A stretch of DNA of 64,000 bases from an uncultured bacterium (GTDB lineage Bacteria; Acidobacteriota; Thermoanaerobaculia; Multivoradales; J023). Positions 20,714-28,238 of this stretch are shown here, in pieces. The stretch spans positions 127 to 64,126 of the forward strand of contig CBDUYN010000035.1 in NCBI GenBank assembly GCA_965371445.1, in the 5' to 3' direction. Numbering within the stretch: the stretch's first letter is position 1; each line of letters begins with the position of its first letter. The notes beneath the pieces were generated by a model. It worked only from the letters and a program-made list of their open reading frames with translations, ran no database searches and was not told the DNA's origin. The translations under genes and the position numbers were made by a program.

Positions 20714-21532
20714 ATGCCCGATGCAATGACCGAGACAGCCCTGGACCGTGGGACCCTGACCTACCCGACCTTTGCCGAGCTGCTACCGGAGCAGACCCTC
20801 ACCGAGGGCCGCTACGAGCTGCGCTTTGCGCGCACCTCGGAGGGGCTCGACGAGCTTCAGCGGCTGCGCTTCGAGGTCTTCAACCTGGAGATGGGGGAGG
20901 GGCTTGAGGCCTCCTACGAAACGGGCCGCGACGCTGACGAATTCGATCCTGTTTGCCACCACCTGATCGTCTGCGAGCGAGCCGGGGGCGCCATCATCGG
21001 CACCTACCGCTTGCAGACGAACGCCATGGCCGAGGCCCACGTGGGTTTCTACTCGTCGGGAGAGTTCGACCTCGCCGCTTTCGGCAAGGACGTGCTCCGG
21101 CAGTCCGTCGAGCTCGGACGGGCCTGTGTGGCCCACGAGCACCGCAACACCCAGGTGCTTTTCTTGCTGTGGAAGGGGTTGGCCCTCTACGTCGCCTACA
21201 ACCAGAAGCGGTACTTCTTCGGCTGCTGCTCGCTGACCAGCCAGGATCCCGTGGAGGGACGCGCGGTGACGGCTTACCTGGAGAAGCACGGTCACCTCCA
21301 CCCGGAGCTTCGCCTGGAGCCGCAGCCGGGGCTGCGGTGCTATCCTGCCGACGCGGAGCCCGACCCCCGGTTTCGCGTCAAGATCCCGAAGCTGTTCCGG
21401 ATCTACCTGCGCCACGGCGCCAAGGTCTGCGGAGCGCCGGCCATCGACCGGCAGTTCAAGACCATCGACTACCTGGTGCTCTTTGACGTCGAGGCGATGA
21501 GCGAGCGCCAAGTGCGGACCTTCTTCGGCTGA
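20714..21532 (+). CDS. GNAT-family N-acyltransferase of the OlsB / N-acyl amino acid synthase (FeeM-like, Acetyltransf_5) type
   Basis: Start at MPDAMTET within the longer ORF. Motifs typical of OlsB/NAS enzymes are present (DEFDPVCHHLIV, GTYRL, FKTIDYLVLFDVEAM). Confidence 0.8.
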   Translation: MPDAMTETALDRGTLTYPTFAELLPEQTLTEGRYELRFARTSEGLDELQRLRFEVFNLEMGEGLEASYETGRDADEFDPVCHHLIVCERAGGAIIGTYRLQTNAMAEAHVGFYSSGEFDLAAFGKDVLRQSVELGRACVAHEHRNTQVLFLLWKGLALYVAYNQKRYFFGCCSLTSQDPVEGRAVTAYLEKHGHLHPELRLEPQPGLRCYPADAEPDPRFRVKIPKLFRIYLRHGAKVCGAPAIDRQFKTIDYLVLFDVEAMSERQVRTFFG

Positions 21533-21560
21533 GCCACAAGCCTACGAGGAGTAAGACCTC

Positions 21561-22058
21561 TTGACCCCGAATCGAAACATCCACTTCCTACTCCAGGGGC
21601 TGGAGCTCTTGGCCTCTCTGGATGCGGAGACCTACTCCACCCCGAGCGCTGGACGGTCGCCGATCGGCGCTCACCTGCGCCACGTGGTCGACTATTACCG
21701 CTGTTTCCTGCGGGGCCTCGAAGACGGACGCGTCGACTACGACGGCCGCGAGCGCGACCCCGGGATCGAGACCGATCCGAAGCAGGCGTCGACGGCGCTC
21801 CAAGACCTCGTGGAACGCTTCAAGGGCCTCGACCGCGACGGCGGCGGACGTCCCTTGGAGATCAAGGTCGACACCCGGGAAGACGAAGGCGACGTCTGGA
21901 GCCGCTCGACGGTGGCCCGCGAGCTCCAGTTCCTGATCAGTCACACCGTGCATCACTACGCGCTCATCGCGATCCAGCTGCGCCAGCACGGTATCGATCC
22001 CGGGGAAGCCTTTGGTGTCGCGCCGTCGACGCTCGACTACCGGCGTCGGAAGTCCTGA
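21561..22058 (+). CDS. DinB/YfiT-like (DinB_2) putative metal-dependent hydrolase
   Basis: 165 aa. His-rich DinB_2 signature (GAHLRHVVDYY ... ISHTVHHYALI). Confidence 0.7.
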   Translation: MTPNRNIHFLLQGLELLASLDAETYSTPSAGRSPIGAHLRHVVDYYRCFLRGLEDGRVDYDGRERDPGIETDPKQASTALQDLVERFKGLDRDGGGRPLEIKVDTREDEGDVWSRSTVARELQFLISHTVHHYALIAIQLRQHGIDPGEAFGVAPSTLDYRRRKS

Positions 22059-22819
22059 TGTGTACGGTGAGCTGGCTCTACGGCGCCGGCGGCTACGAGC
22101 TCCTGATGAACCGTGACGAGCTCCGCCGCCGGAGCTGGGCGGTCGCGCCGCGGCGCTTCGAGCGCCAAGGCGTGGCCTACCTGGCCCCCGAGGACGGCGA
22201 CGCCGGAGGCACCTGGATCGCCGTCAACGAGCTCGGAATGACCGTGGCGCTGCTCAATCGCTATCCCGACCGCGGCGGAGTTTTCGTCAGCCGTGGTCTC
22301 CTGACCAAGGAGCTGGCGACCTCGACGAGCGTCGAGGAGGCCGTCGAGCGCTTGACCGAGCGCGGGCACGACGCCCTCAACTACCGGCCTTTCACTCTCC
22401 TGCTCCTGGAGCCCGAGAGCGAGCCGACCGTCCTCCTCTGGGACGGGGAGCTCCTCGCCCAGGTCACCGAGGCCGTGGCGCCGCCGCTGTCGTCGTCGTC
22501 GCTTCATCCGCAGGAGGTCGCTCCGGTGCGGCGGCGGTTGTGGCGCCGGTTGGTGGGGGAGGCGCCGTCGTCCTCCGTGCTGGTGGGCTTCCACCGCAGC
22601 CACGAGCCGGAGCGCGGAGCGTACTCGCCTTGCATGCACCGCGACGACGCACGCACGGTGAGCCTCACCCACGTCCGGGTGACGCCGGCGGCGGTCGCCG
22701 TGAGCTACGCCGACGGTCCGCCGTGCTCGGCCGAGCTTTCGCACCCGCTGACCCTGATGCGCCGGGCCGCGCCGTCGCGCTGGGCCCTGCCAACGCATCA
22801 TGCCGCGCCCGTCGGCTGA
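22058..22819 (+). CDS. NRDE-family (TANGO2-like) protein
   Basis: N-terminus MCTVSW...LLMNRDE is the hallmark of PF05742. The ATG overlaps the stop of the upstream gene (TGATG). Confidence 0.8.
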   Translation: MCTVSWLYGAGGYELLMNRDELRRRSWAVAPRRFERQGVAYLAPEDGDAGGTWIAVNELGMTVALLNRYPDRGGVFVSRGLLTKELATSTSVEEAVERLTERGHDALNYRPFTLLLLEPESEPTVLLWDGELLAQVTEAVAPPLSSSSLHPQEVAPVRRRLWRRLVGEAPSSSVLVGFHRSHEPERGAYSPCMHRDDARTVSLTHVRVTPAAVAVSYADGPPCSAELSHPLTLMRRAAPSRWALPTHHAAPVG

Positions 22820-25430
22820 GGCGCCCCCGGCTGAGGCGCCCCCGGCTGAGGCGTCGCCGCGGCGAAGGTGGCTACGGCTCCTCGCCGTCCTCTACCTGGC
22901 GCTGCTGGCCACCTCGCACCTCGTCCGCTGGTGGACGGCGGACGACGCCGAGCTGCCACCCGGTGCCCGGGAGATGGAGCTTCCGGCCTTCGTGGGTGAC
23001 CGTGAGGTCGAGGGCGAAAAGGTTCGCCTCGCCTACTACGAGTGGGACGACGGTACGCCGCGGCCGCAGGCGGCACCCCCGGTGGTCCTTTTGCTCCACG
23101 GCAGCCCGGGAAGGGGAGGGAGCTTCGCGCGCCTGGCGCCGCTTCTTGCCGAGCGCTTTCGCGTCCTCGGACCCGACCTGCCGGGCTTTGCGTCGTCCGA
23201 ACGCCGGATCCCCGACTACTCGATCCGCGCCCACGCCCGCTACGTCGAGGCCTTTCTCGACGAGCTCGGGATCGACGAGGTCCACGTCGTGGGCTTCAGC
23301 ATGGGGGGCGGCGTGGCCCTGGAGATGGCCGCCCGGCAGCCGGAGCGTCTGCGTTCCCTGACGCTACTCTCGTCGATCGGCGTCCAGGAGCTCGAGCTCC
23401 TGGGGAGCTACCACCTGAACCATGCGGTCCACGGCCTGCAGCTGGGCGCCCTGTGGCTCCTCCGCGAGACGGTGCCTCACTTCGGCGTCTTCGACGTCGG
23501 CGCGGTCGCCTACGCCCGGAACTTCTACGACACCGACCAGCGTCCTCTCGAGGGGATCTTGAAGACCCTGGAGATGCCGGTCCTGATCGTCCACGGCGAA
23601 GACGACGTCTTGGTGGGCGTGGAGGCGGCGTACGAGCATCATCGATTGGTACCGCAAAGCGAGCTGGAGCTGTTTGACGCGAGCCACTTCATGGTCTTCC
23701 TCCAACCCGAGGAGCTCGCCGAAGCCCTCGCCGCGTTCGTCGAGCGGGTGGAACGGGGGGAGGGACGCAGGCGGGCTGCGGCCGATCCCGAACGAGTGGC
23801 CGCGGCCGCCGCGGAGCGCGTCGCTCTGCCCGAGATCCACGGCTTCGGCCTCGTGGTCTGGATGGCGCTCGCCGCGGCGGCGACGCTGGTGAGCGAGGAC
23901 TTGACCTGTATCGGAGCGGGTCTCTTGATCGCCAAGGGGCGGGTGGCTTTTTTCCCCGCGGCCCTGGCCTGCTTTCTGGGCATTTTCCTGGGTGACCTCA
24001 TGCTCTATTTCGCGGGCCGGCTCGGACGAGGGTGGCTCGGCCGGGCACCGCTGCGCTGGATCGTGCGTCCGGCCGACGTCGAGCGCAGCCGGGCGTGGTT
24101 CGAGCGCCGTGGTGGGCTCGTCATCTTCCTCAGCCGCTTCCTGCCGGGGACTCGCCTGCCCACCTACGTGACGGCGGGCCTCCTGCGGATGAACGCTTTT
24201 TGGTTCACCCTCCAGCTGCTGGTCCCGGTCGCCCTCTGGACGCCGCTCCTGGTGGGCGCCGCGCAGCTCCTGGGCGAGCAGGCCTTCGCGTCGCTCGACC
24301 TCTTCGAGCGCTACGCCCTGCCGGGTTTCGTCGGCCTCCTGCTCGGGGTCTGGACCGTCCTGACCCTGGGCCGTTCACTCGCCACCCACCGCGGCCGGCG
24401 GCTCTTGCGCGGTTGGTGGCGGCGCAAAGTGGAGTGGAAGCTCTGGCCGGTCTGGCTCTTCTATCTGCCCGTCGTGGCTCGGGTCCTGGGGCTCGGCATC
24501 CGGTACCGGGGGCTGACGCTCTTCACGGCGGCGAACCCGGGGATACCGGCGGGGGGCGGCTTCATCGGCGAGTCCAAGGCGGAGATCTTGTCGCGGCTCG
24601 ATCCGCGCTGGGTGGCAACGTTTCGTCCGGTACCGGGAGAGCTGGCCCTCGCCGAGCGGCTGGCGGCGGTGCGTGCCTTCCGGAAAAGGAATGGCTTCGG
24701 CTTCCCGGTGGTCCTCAAGGTCGACCAGGGACAGCGCGGCGCCGGGGTGAGGATCGCCCGCTCCGAGGAGGACGTCGTCCACTTCTTCAGGACGACGCCG
24801 CAGGACGCGATCGTCCAGGAGTACGTCCCGGGGCCGGAGCTCGGGGTCTTCTACGTGCGGCTGCCGGGCGAGGAGCAGGGACGGATCTTCTCCGTCACCG
24901 ACAAGCGGCTGCCGTCGGTCGTGGGCGACGCTCGCTCGACCCTGGAGGAGCTCGTCCTGGACGACGAGCGCGCGGTGGCGATGGCACCGGTCTACCTGAA
25001 GGCATTGGGGGAGCGGAGCGCGGAGGTGCCTGCGGCGGGGGAAGAGGTGCGGCTCACCGAGCTCGGCACGCACTGCCGCGGCGCCGTCTTCCTCGACGGC
25101 GCGCGCTTCGCCACGCCGCGGCTCACCGAGGCCGTCGAGCGGATCAGCCGCAGCTTCGACGGCTTCTACTTCGGGCGCTACGACCTGAAGGCGCCGTCCT
25201 ACGAGGCCTTCGAAGCCGGACGTGACCTGAAGGTCCTGGAGCTGAACGGCGTGACCTCGGAAGCGACCCACGTCTACGATCCGCAGGTTCGTCTCGTCGA
25301 CGCCTACCGGGTGCTCTTCGAGCAGTGGCGCCTGGCCTTCGAGGCGGGGGCTCGAAATCGCGACCGCGGAGTGGAACCGGTGGGGCTCCTCGAGCTCCTC
25401 CGTATGCTGGTCGCGTTCCGGATGCTATGA
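22800..25430 (+). CDS. three-domain fusion protein: alpha/beta-hydrolase fold + DedA/VTT (SNARE-associated) membrane domain + RimK-like ATP-grasp ligase domain
   Basis: 876 aa.
- N-terminal alpha/beta hydrolase: HGSPG oxyanion region, GFSMGG nucleophile elbow, and a downstream D...H.
- Central polytopic VTT/DedA segment (GGLVIFLSRFLPGTRLPTYVTAGLLRMNAFWF).
- C-terminal ATP-grasp (FPVVLKVDQGQRGAGVRIARSEEDV; IVQEYVPGPELGVFYV; LKVLELNGVTSEA).
- An N-terminal AEAPP tandem repeat is present. Confidence 0.8.
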   Translation: MPRPSAEAPPAEAPPAEASPRRRWLRLLAVLYLALLATSHLVRWWTADDAELPPGAREMELPAFVGDREVEGEKVRLAYYEWDDGTPRPQAAPPVVLLLHGSPGRGGSFARLAPLLAERFRVLGPDLPGFASSERRIPDYSIRAHARYVEAFLDELGIDEVHVVGFSMGGGVALEMAARQPERLRSLTLLSSIGVQELELLGSYHLNHAVHGLQLGALWLLRETVPHFGVFDVGAVAYARNFYDTDQRPLEGILKTLEMPVLIVHGEDDVLVGVEAAYEHHRLVPQSELELFDASHFMVFLQPEELAEALAAFVERVERGEGRRRAAADPERVAAAAAERVALPEIHGFGLVVWMALAAAATLVSEDLTCIGAGLLIAKGRVAFFPAALACFLGIFLGDLMLYFAGRLGRGWLGRAPLRWIVRPADVERSRAWFERRGGLVIFLSRFLPGTRLPTYVTAGLLRMNAFWFTLQLLVPVALWTPLLVGAAQLLGEQAFASLDLFERYALPGFVGLLLGVWTVLTLGRSLATHRGRRLLRGWWRRKVEWKLWPVWLFYLPVVARVLGLGIRYRGLTLFTAANPGIPAGGGFIGESKAEILSRLDPRWVATFRPVPGELALAERLAAVRAFRKRNGFGFPVVLKVDQGQRGAGVRIARSEEDVVHFFRTTPQDAIVQEYVPGPELGVFYVRLPGEEQGRIFSVTDKRLPSVVGDARSTLEELVLDDERAVAMAPVYLKALGERSAEVPAAGEEVRLTELGTHCRGAVFLDGARFATPRLTEAVERISRSFDGFYFGRYDLKAPSYEAFEAGRDLKVLELNGVTSEATHVYDPQVRLVDAYRVLFEQWRLAFEAGARNRDRGVEPVGLLELLRMLVAFRML
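22816..22850 (+). repeat. 15-bp direct tandem repeat (ggctgaggcgccccc, about 2.3 copies) encoding AEAPP peptide repeats at the N-terminus of the fusion protein
   Basis: gaggcgcccccggctgaggcgcccccggctgaggcg, seen directly in sequence. Confidence 0.5.
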
Positions 25431-25459
25431 TCGTGCCGATCATAATCCGGAGACCAGCC

Positions 25460-26056
25460 ATGCGACTCGACGAAACCTACGTTCCCTTCGCGAATCCTGC
25501 CGACCAGATGGAAAAAGGCCTGGAGCTCTGCCGCCGGGGCAACTGGGAGGACGGCCTGGAGCAACTGCGGATGGCGGCCGAGAGGATGCCGTCGGGCGAC
25601 GCCAAGCCGAGCCGCTACTACTCCTACCTGGGCTACGCCATCGCGCTGCGGGAGAAGAAGCTCCGTGAGGGAATCAAGCTCTGCCGATACGCCATCAAGC
25701 AGGAGTTCTACCAGCCTGAGAACTACTGCAACCTGGCGCAGACCTACCTCCTGGCGGGGAACCGGTCCGGGGCCATGAAGGCGGTGGCCAAAGGGCTCAA
25801 GGTCGACGCCAACTTTCCGCTGCTGCTGCAGCTTCACGCCAAGCTGGGCGCCCGGCGTCCGGCGGCGGTCCCGTTCCTCTCGCGGAACAATTTCCTCAAT
25901 CAGATGCTCGGGCGGATACGTCATTCGATGAAGTCTTCGAAGGAGAAGGCGGCGAAGGCGAAAATCGCGGCGCAGGCGAGGAAAGCGGCGGGAGCGAAGA
26001 AGAAAATGGCGGCGAAGAGGCCGCCGAACCGTGCGCCGAGAAAGTCGGCCCCTTAG
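25460..26056 (+). CDS. TPR-like repeat protein with Lys/Ala-rich basic C-terminal tail
   Basis: Start at MRLDETYV with a GGAGA Shine-Dalgarno. TPR-like helices (YYSYLGYAIAL, NYCNLAQTYLLAG). C-terminus KEKAAKAKIAAQARKAAGAKKKMAAKRPP. Confidence 0.5.
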   Translation: MRLDETYVPFANPADQMEKGLELCRRGNWEDGLEQLRMAAERMPSGDAKPSRYYSYLGYAIALREKKLREGIKLCRYAIKQEFYQPENYCNLAQTYLLAGNRSGAMKAVAKGLKVDANFPLLLQLHAKLGARRPAAVPFLSRNNFLNQMLGRIRHSMKSSKEKAAKAKIAAQARKAAGAKKKMAAKRPPNRAPRKSAP

Positions 26057-26361
26057 GTTGGCCTTGGAGTCCTGGGACATAAAGACCCATGGGTGGCAAG
26101 GTCAAGGGACACAAACCGTGGCCCGCATTGATCACGCATCATGGGCGATGGCGACTCGAACGTGCCTCACCTTGGCCTTGTCTTCGGCCCTCCGCTTCTC
26201 TCATCCCTCGTGCCGCAATCGAAACCGGACGGCCGCGACGGTTCCACCGTCCTGCGCTACGAGGGCGATATCCGCGTCGGCGGACCCTTTCCCACGAGCT
26301 TTTTCCGGGACCGTCCCCACCTCGACGTTACGTGCCAGCCCACGGACGAGGTAGTTGACGA

Positions 26362-27405
26362 ATGGGAGAGGCGCAGAACGGCGTCAACGTCGTCGTCCTC
26401 GACGCTTGCCGCGACAATCCCTTCCGCGGCTTCCGGACCTTGAGCCGCGGCTTGGCGCAGACCCGTGCGCCGAAAGGGACGCTGATCGCCTACGCCACCG
26501 CGCCGGGCGACGTGGCGGCCGACGGCGACGGCCGGAACGGCATCTTCACGGGGCATCTGCTCCAGGCGTTCCGCGAACCGGGCCTCCAGATCGAGCAGGT
26601 CTTCAAGAAGGCGCGCGAGGCCGTCGATGCGGCGACCGGCGGACGGCAAGTGCCTTGGACGTCCTCGTCGCTGGTCGGAGAGCTGGTGCTCGCGAAGAAG
26701 GAGCCCGCACCCGCGTCGCCTCCGCCACCCGTCGTGCAGGAAGGCGCGCTCGAGCTTGCCCTGTGGGAAGAAGTCAAGGACAGCGAAGCCGTCGCAGAGT
26801 TACGGGCCTACCTGAGGAGCTATCCCGAGGGCACTTTCTCGGAGCTTGCGCGCCTGCGGGTTCTTAAGCTTGAGATTTTGCCGCCGAGGCAGCCGCGGCC
26901 CGGACAGGAGTGGACGGATCCCGGAACCGGAATGACCCTGCGATACATTCCGGCTGGAAAGTTCATGATGGGAAGCCCCAAAGACGAAGTCGATCGCGAG
27001 GAGGATGAAATCCGGCACGAGGTAGAGCTGACCCGAGGCTACTGGATGGGAGAGACGGAGGTGACCCACGGACAGTGGCTGGAGCTGATGGGAAACAACC
27101 CTTCCGCTTTCTCAAGCTGCGGAGATGACTGTCCGGTGGAAACCGTAAGCTGGTACGACGCGGTGACGTTCGCGAACCGGCTGTCGGAAAAGGCCGAACT
27201 GCCCGGTTGCTATGAGCTGACCTGCGAGGGATCCCCGGGTGAGAAGGGATACGTCTGCTCCACGGTAGAGTTGAAGGATCTGACCTGCGAAGGATATCGG
27301 CTGCCCACGGAGGCTGAATGGGAGCACGCGTCCGGAGCGGAGGGCGAAGGAGCCTCGGGTGCGCTCTGGCTCCTTCTCAGTCCGTCCCGGATGCGAAGAG
27401 GCTGA
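26362..27405 (+). pseudogene. gene remnant: caspase-like (peptidase C14) C-terminal portion fused to a formylglycine-generating-enzyme (FGE/SUMF1)-like domain; truncated at both ends
   Basis: - The ORF begins directly at the C14 catalytic-Cys region (VVVLDACRDNPF). The upstream His-containing half is absent, and an in-frame stop lies 2 codons upstream.
- The FGE-sulfatase-like domain (YIPAGKFMMGSP...RHEVELTRGYWMGETEVT...YRLPTEAEWEHA) stops about 100 aa short of a complete FGE fold.
- The region is lower-GC than its flanks. Confidence 0.55.
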
Positions 27406-27495
27406 CCGGCTCGGAGTCGTCTTGAGCGCCAGGACTTGTCCGAACGCCCGAGAGTAGCTACAATCGTCCTGCACAAGATTGGCGAAACCCACCAG

Positions 27496-27690
27496 ATGCC
27501 GAGGAAAGTCAGAGAGCTGGTCAGGGACTTGACGAAGGCGGGGTTCGTCGAGTCAGGAGGCAAGGGCAGCCACAGGAGATTCAAGCACACCGGTGGAGCC
27601 AAGGTGACGGTCAGCGGAAATCTGGGCGCAGACGCCAAAGCCTACCAGGAGCTGGAAGTGACCCGCGCGATTCAGGAGTCTCAGCGATGA
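27496..27690 (+). CDS. hicA: HicA-family mRNA interferase toxin
   Basis: Start at MPRKVRELVRDL. HicA/YcfA signature (GGKGSHRRFKH). The stop overlaps the hicB start (ATGA). Confidence 0.7.
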   Translation: MPRKVRELVRDLTKAGFVESGGKGSHRRFKHTGGAKVTVSGNLGADAKAYQELEVTRAIQESQR

Positions 27691-28238
27691 AGGAACGTGA
27701 CCAGTATCTCAAAGTCGTCCAGTGGTCTGAAGTGGACCAGTGCTATGTCGGCACTTGCCCTGGCTTCGTCCTGGGTGGCGTTCACGGCGACGACGAGGTG
27801 GAGGTGTATCGGGAGCTTTGCGAGGTCGTCGACGGATGGATTCAGACCTTCCACGAGGACGGAGAGCCTTTGCCCCCCGCCACCGCGGCGCCGGAGCCTT
27901 CCGAGACGGAAGCCTGGCTTTTGAGTGGGAGGCCGAGATCTGCCTCCAAACTCGTAGATCCGCGCCTCTACCGGCTGCTCGACGATCAGGGCACAGGCAG
28001 TGAAGTGGCAGAGCCTCGGACCCCCTACGGCGACGAAATCGACGAGCCTCGTGCCGAGCTCGCTTCTCTCATCCAAGAAGCCGTCCTGCCCTGGACCCGA
28101 ATCGCCAGTTGGACGGATGCCGAAAAAATCCGCTCCGAGGTGGAACGGAGGATCCGTCGACATCTCAAGGCAGCCCGCTATTCCCGCGAAGCCGCCACGA
28201 GTCTCGTCCCGAAGATCGTCGGACTTCTTCGTGACTAG
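27687..28238 (+). CDS. hicB: HicB-family antitoxin (UPF0150 N-domain) with extended C-terminus
   Basis: N-terminal HicB fold pattern (YLKVVQWSEVDQCYVGTCPGFVLGGVHGDDEVEVYRELCEVVDGWI). Translationally coupled to hicA. The 3' end overlaps the convergent kinase gene by about 70 nt, so the true stop may lie earlier. Confidence 0.6.
   Translation: MKERDQYLKVVQWSEVDQCYVGTCPGFVLGGVHGDDEVEVYRELCEVVDGWIQTFHEDGEPLPPATAAPEPSETEAWLLSGRPRSASKLVDPRLYRLLDDQGTGSEVAEPRTPYGDEIDEPRAELASLIQEAVLPWTRIASWTDAEKIRSEVERRIRRHLKAARYSREAATSLVPKIVGLLRD

Noticed and set aside
22816-22850. 15-bp direct repeat initially considered as a possible CRISPR or minisatellite.
   Set aside because: - Only about 2.3 adjacent copies with no spacers.
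- It lies inside a CDS, where it encodes an AEAPP peptide repeat.
- It is not a CRISPR array.
26057-26361. Searched all frames of the gap upstream of the caspase fragment for the missing His-containing caspase half (ORFs 26031-26354, 26089-26358, 26141-26443).
   Set aside because: - None shows the Y/F-SGHG-type caspase motif or other C14 features.
- I conclude the N-terminal half is deleted rather than frameshifted.
28165-28238. About 70-nt convergent overlap between the hicB 3' end and the kinase 3' end, which could indicate a mis-called stop or start.
   Set aside because: - Both reading frames are open, and hicB family proteins vary in C-terminal length.
- I kept the ORF-track coordinates but lowered confidence; the true HicB stop may be earlier.
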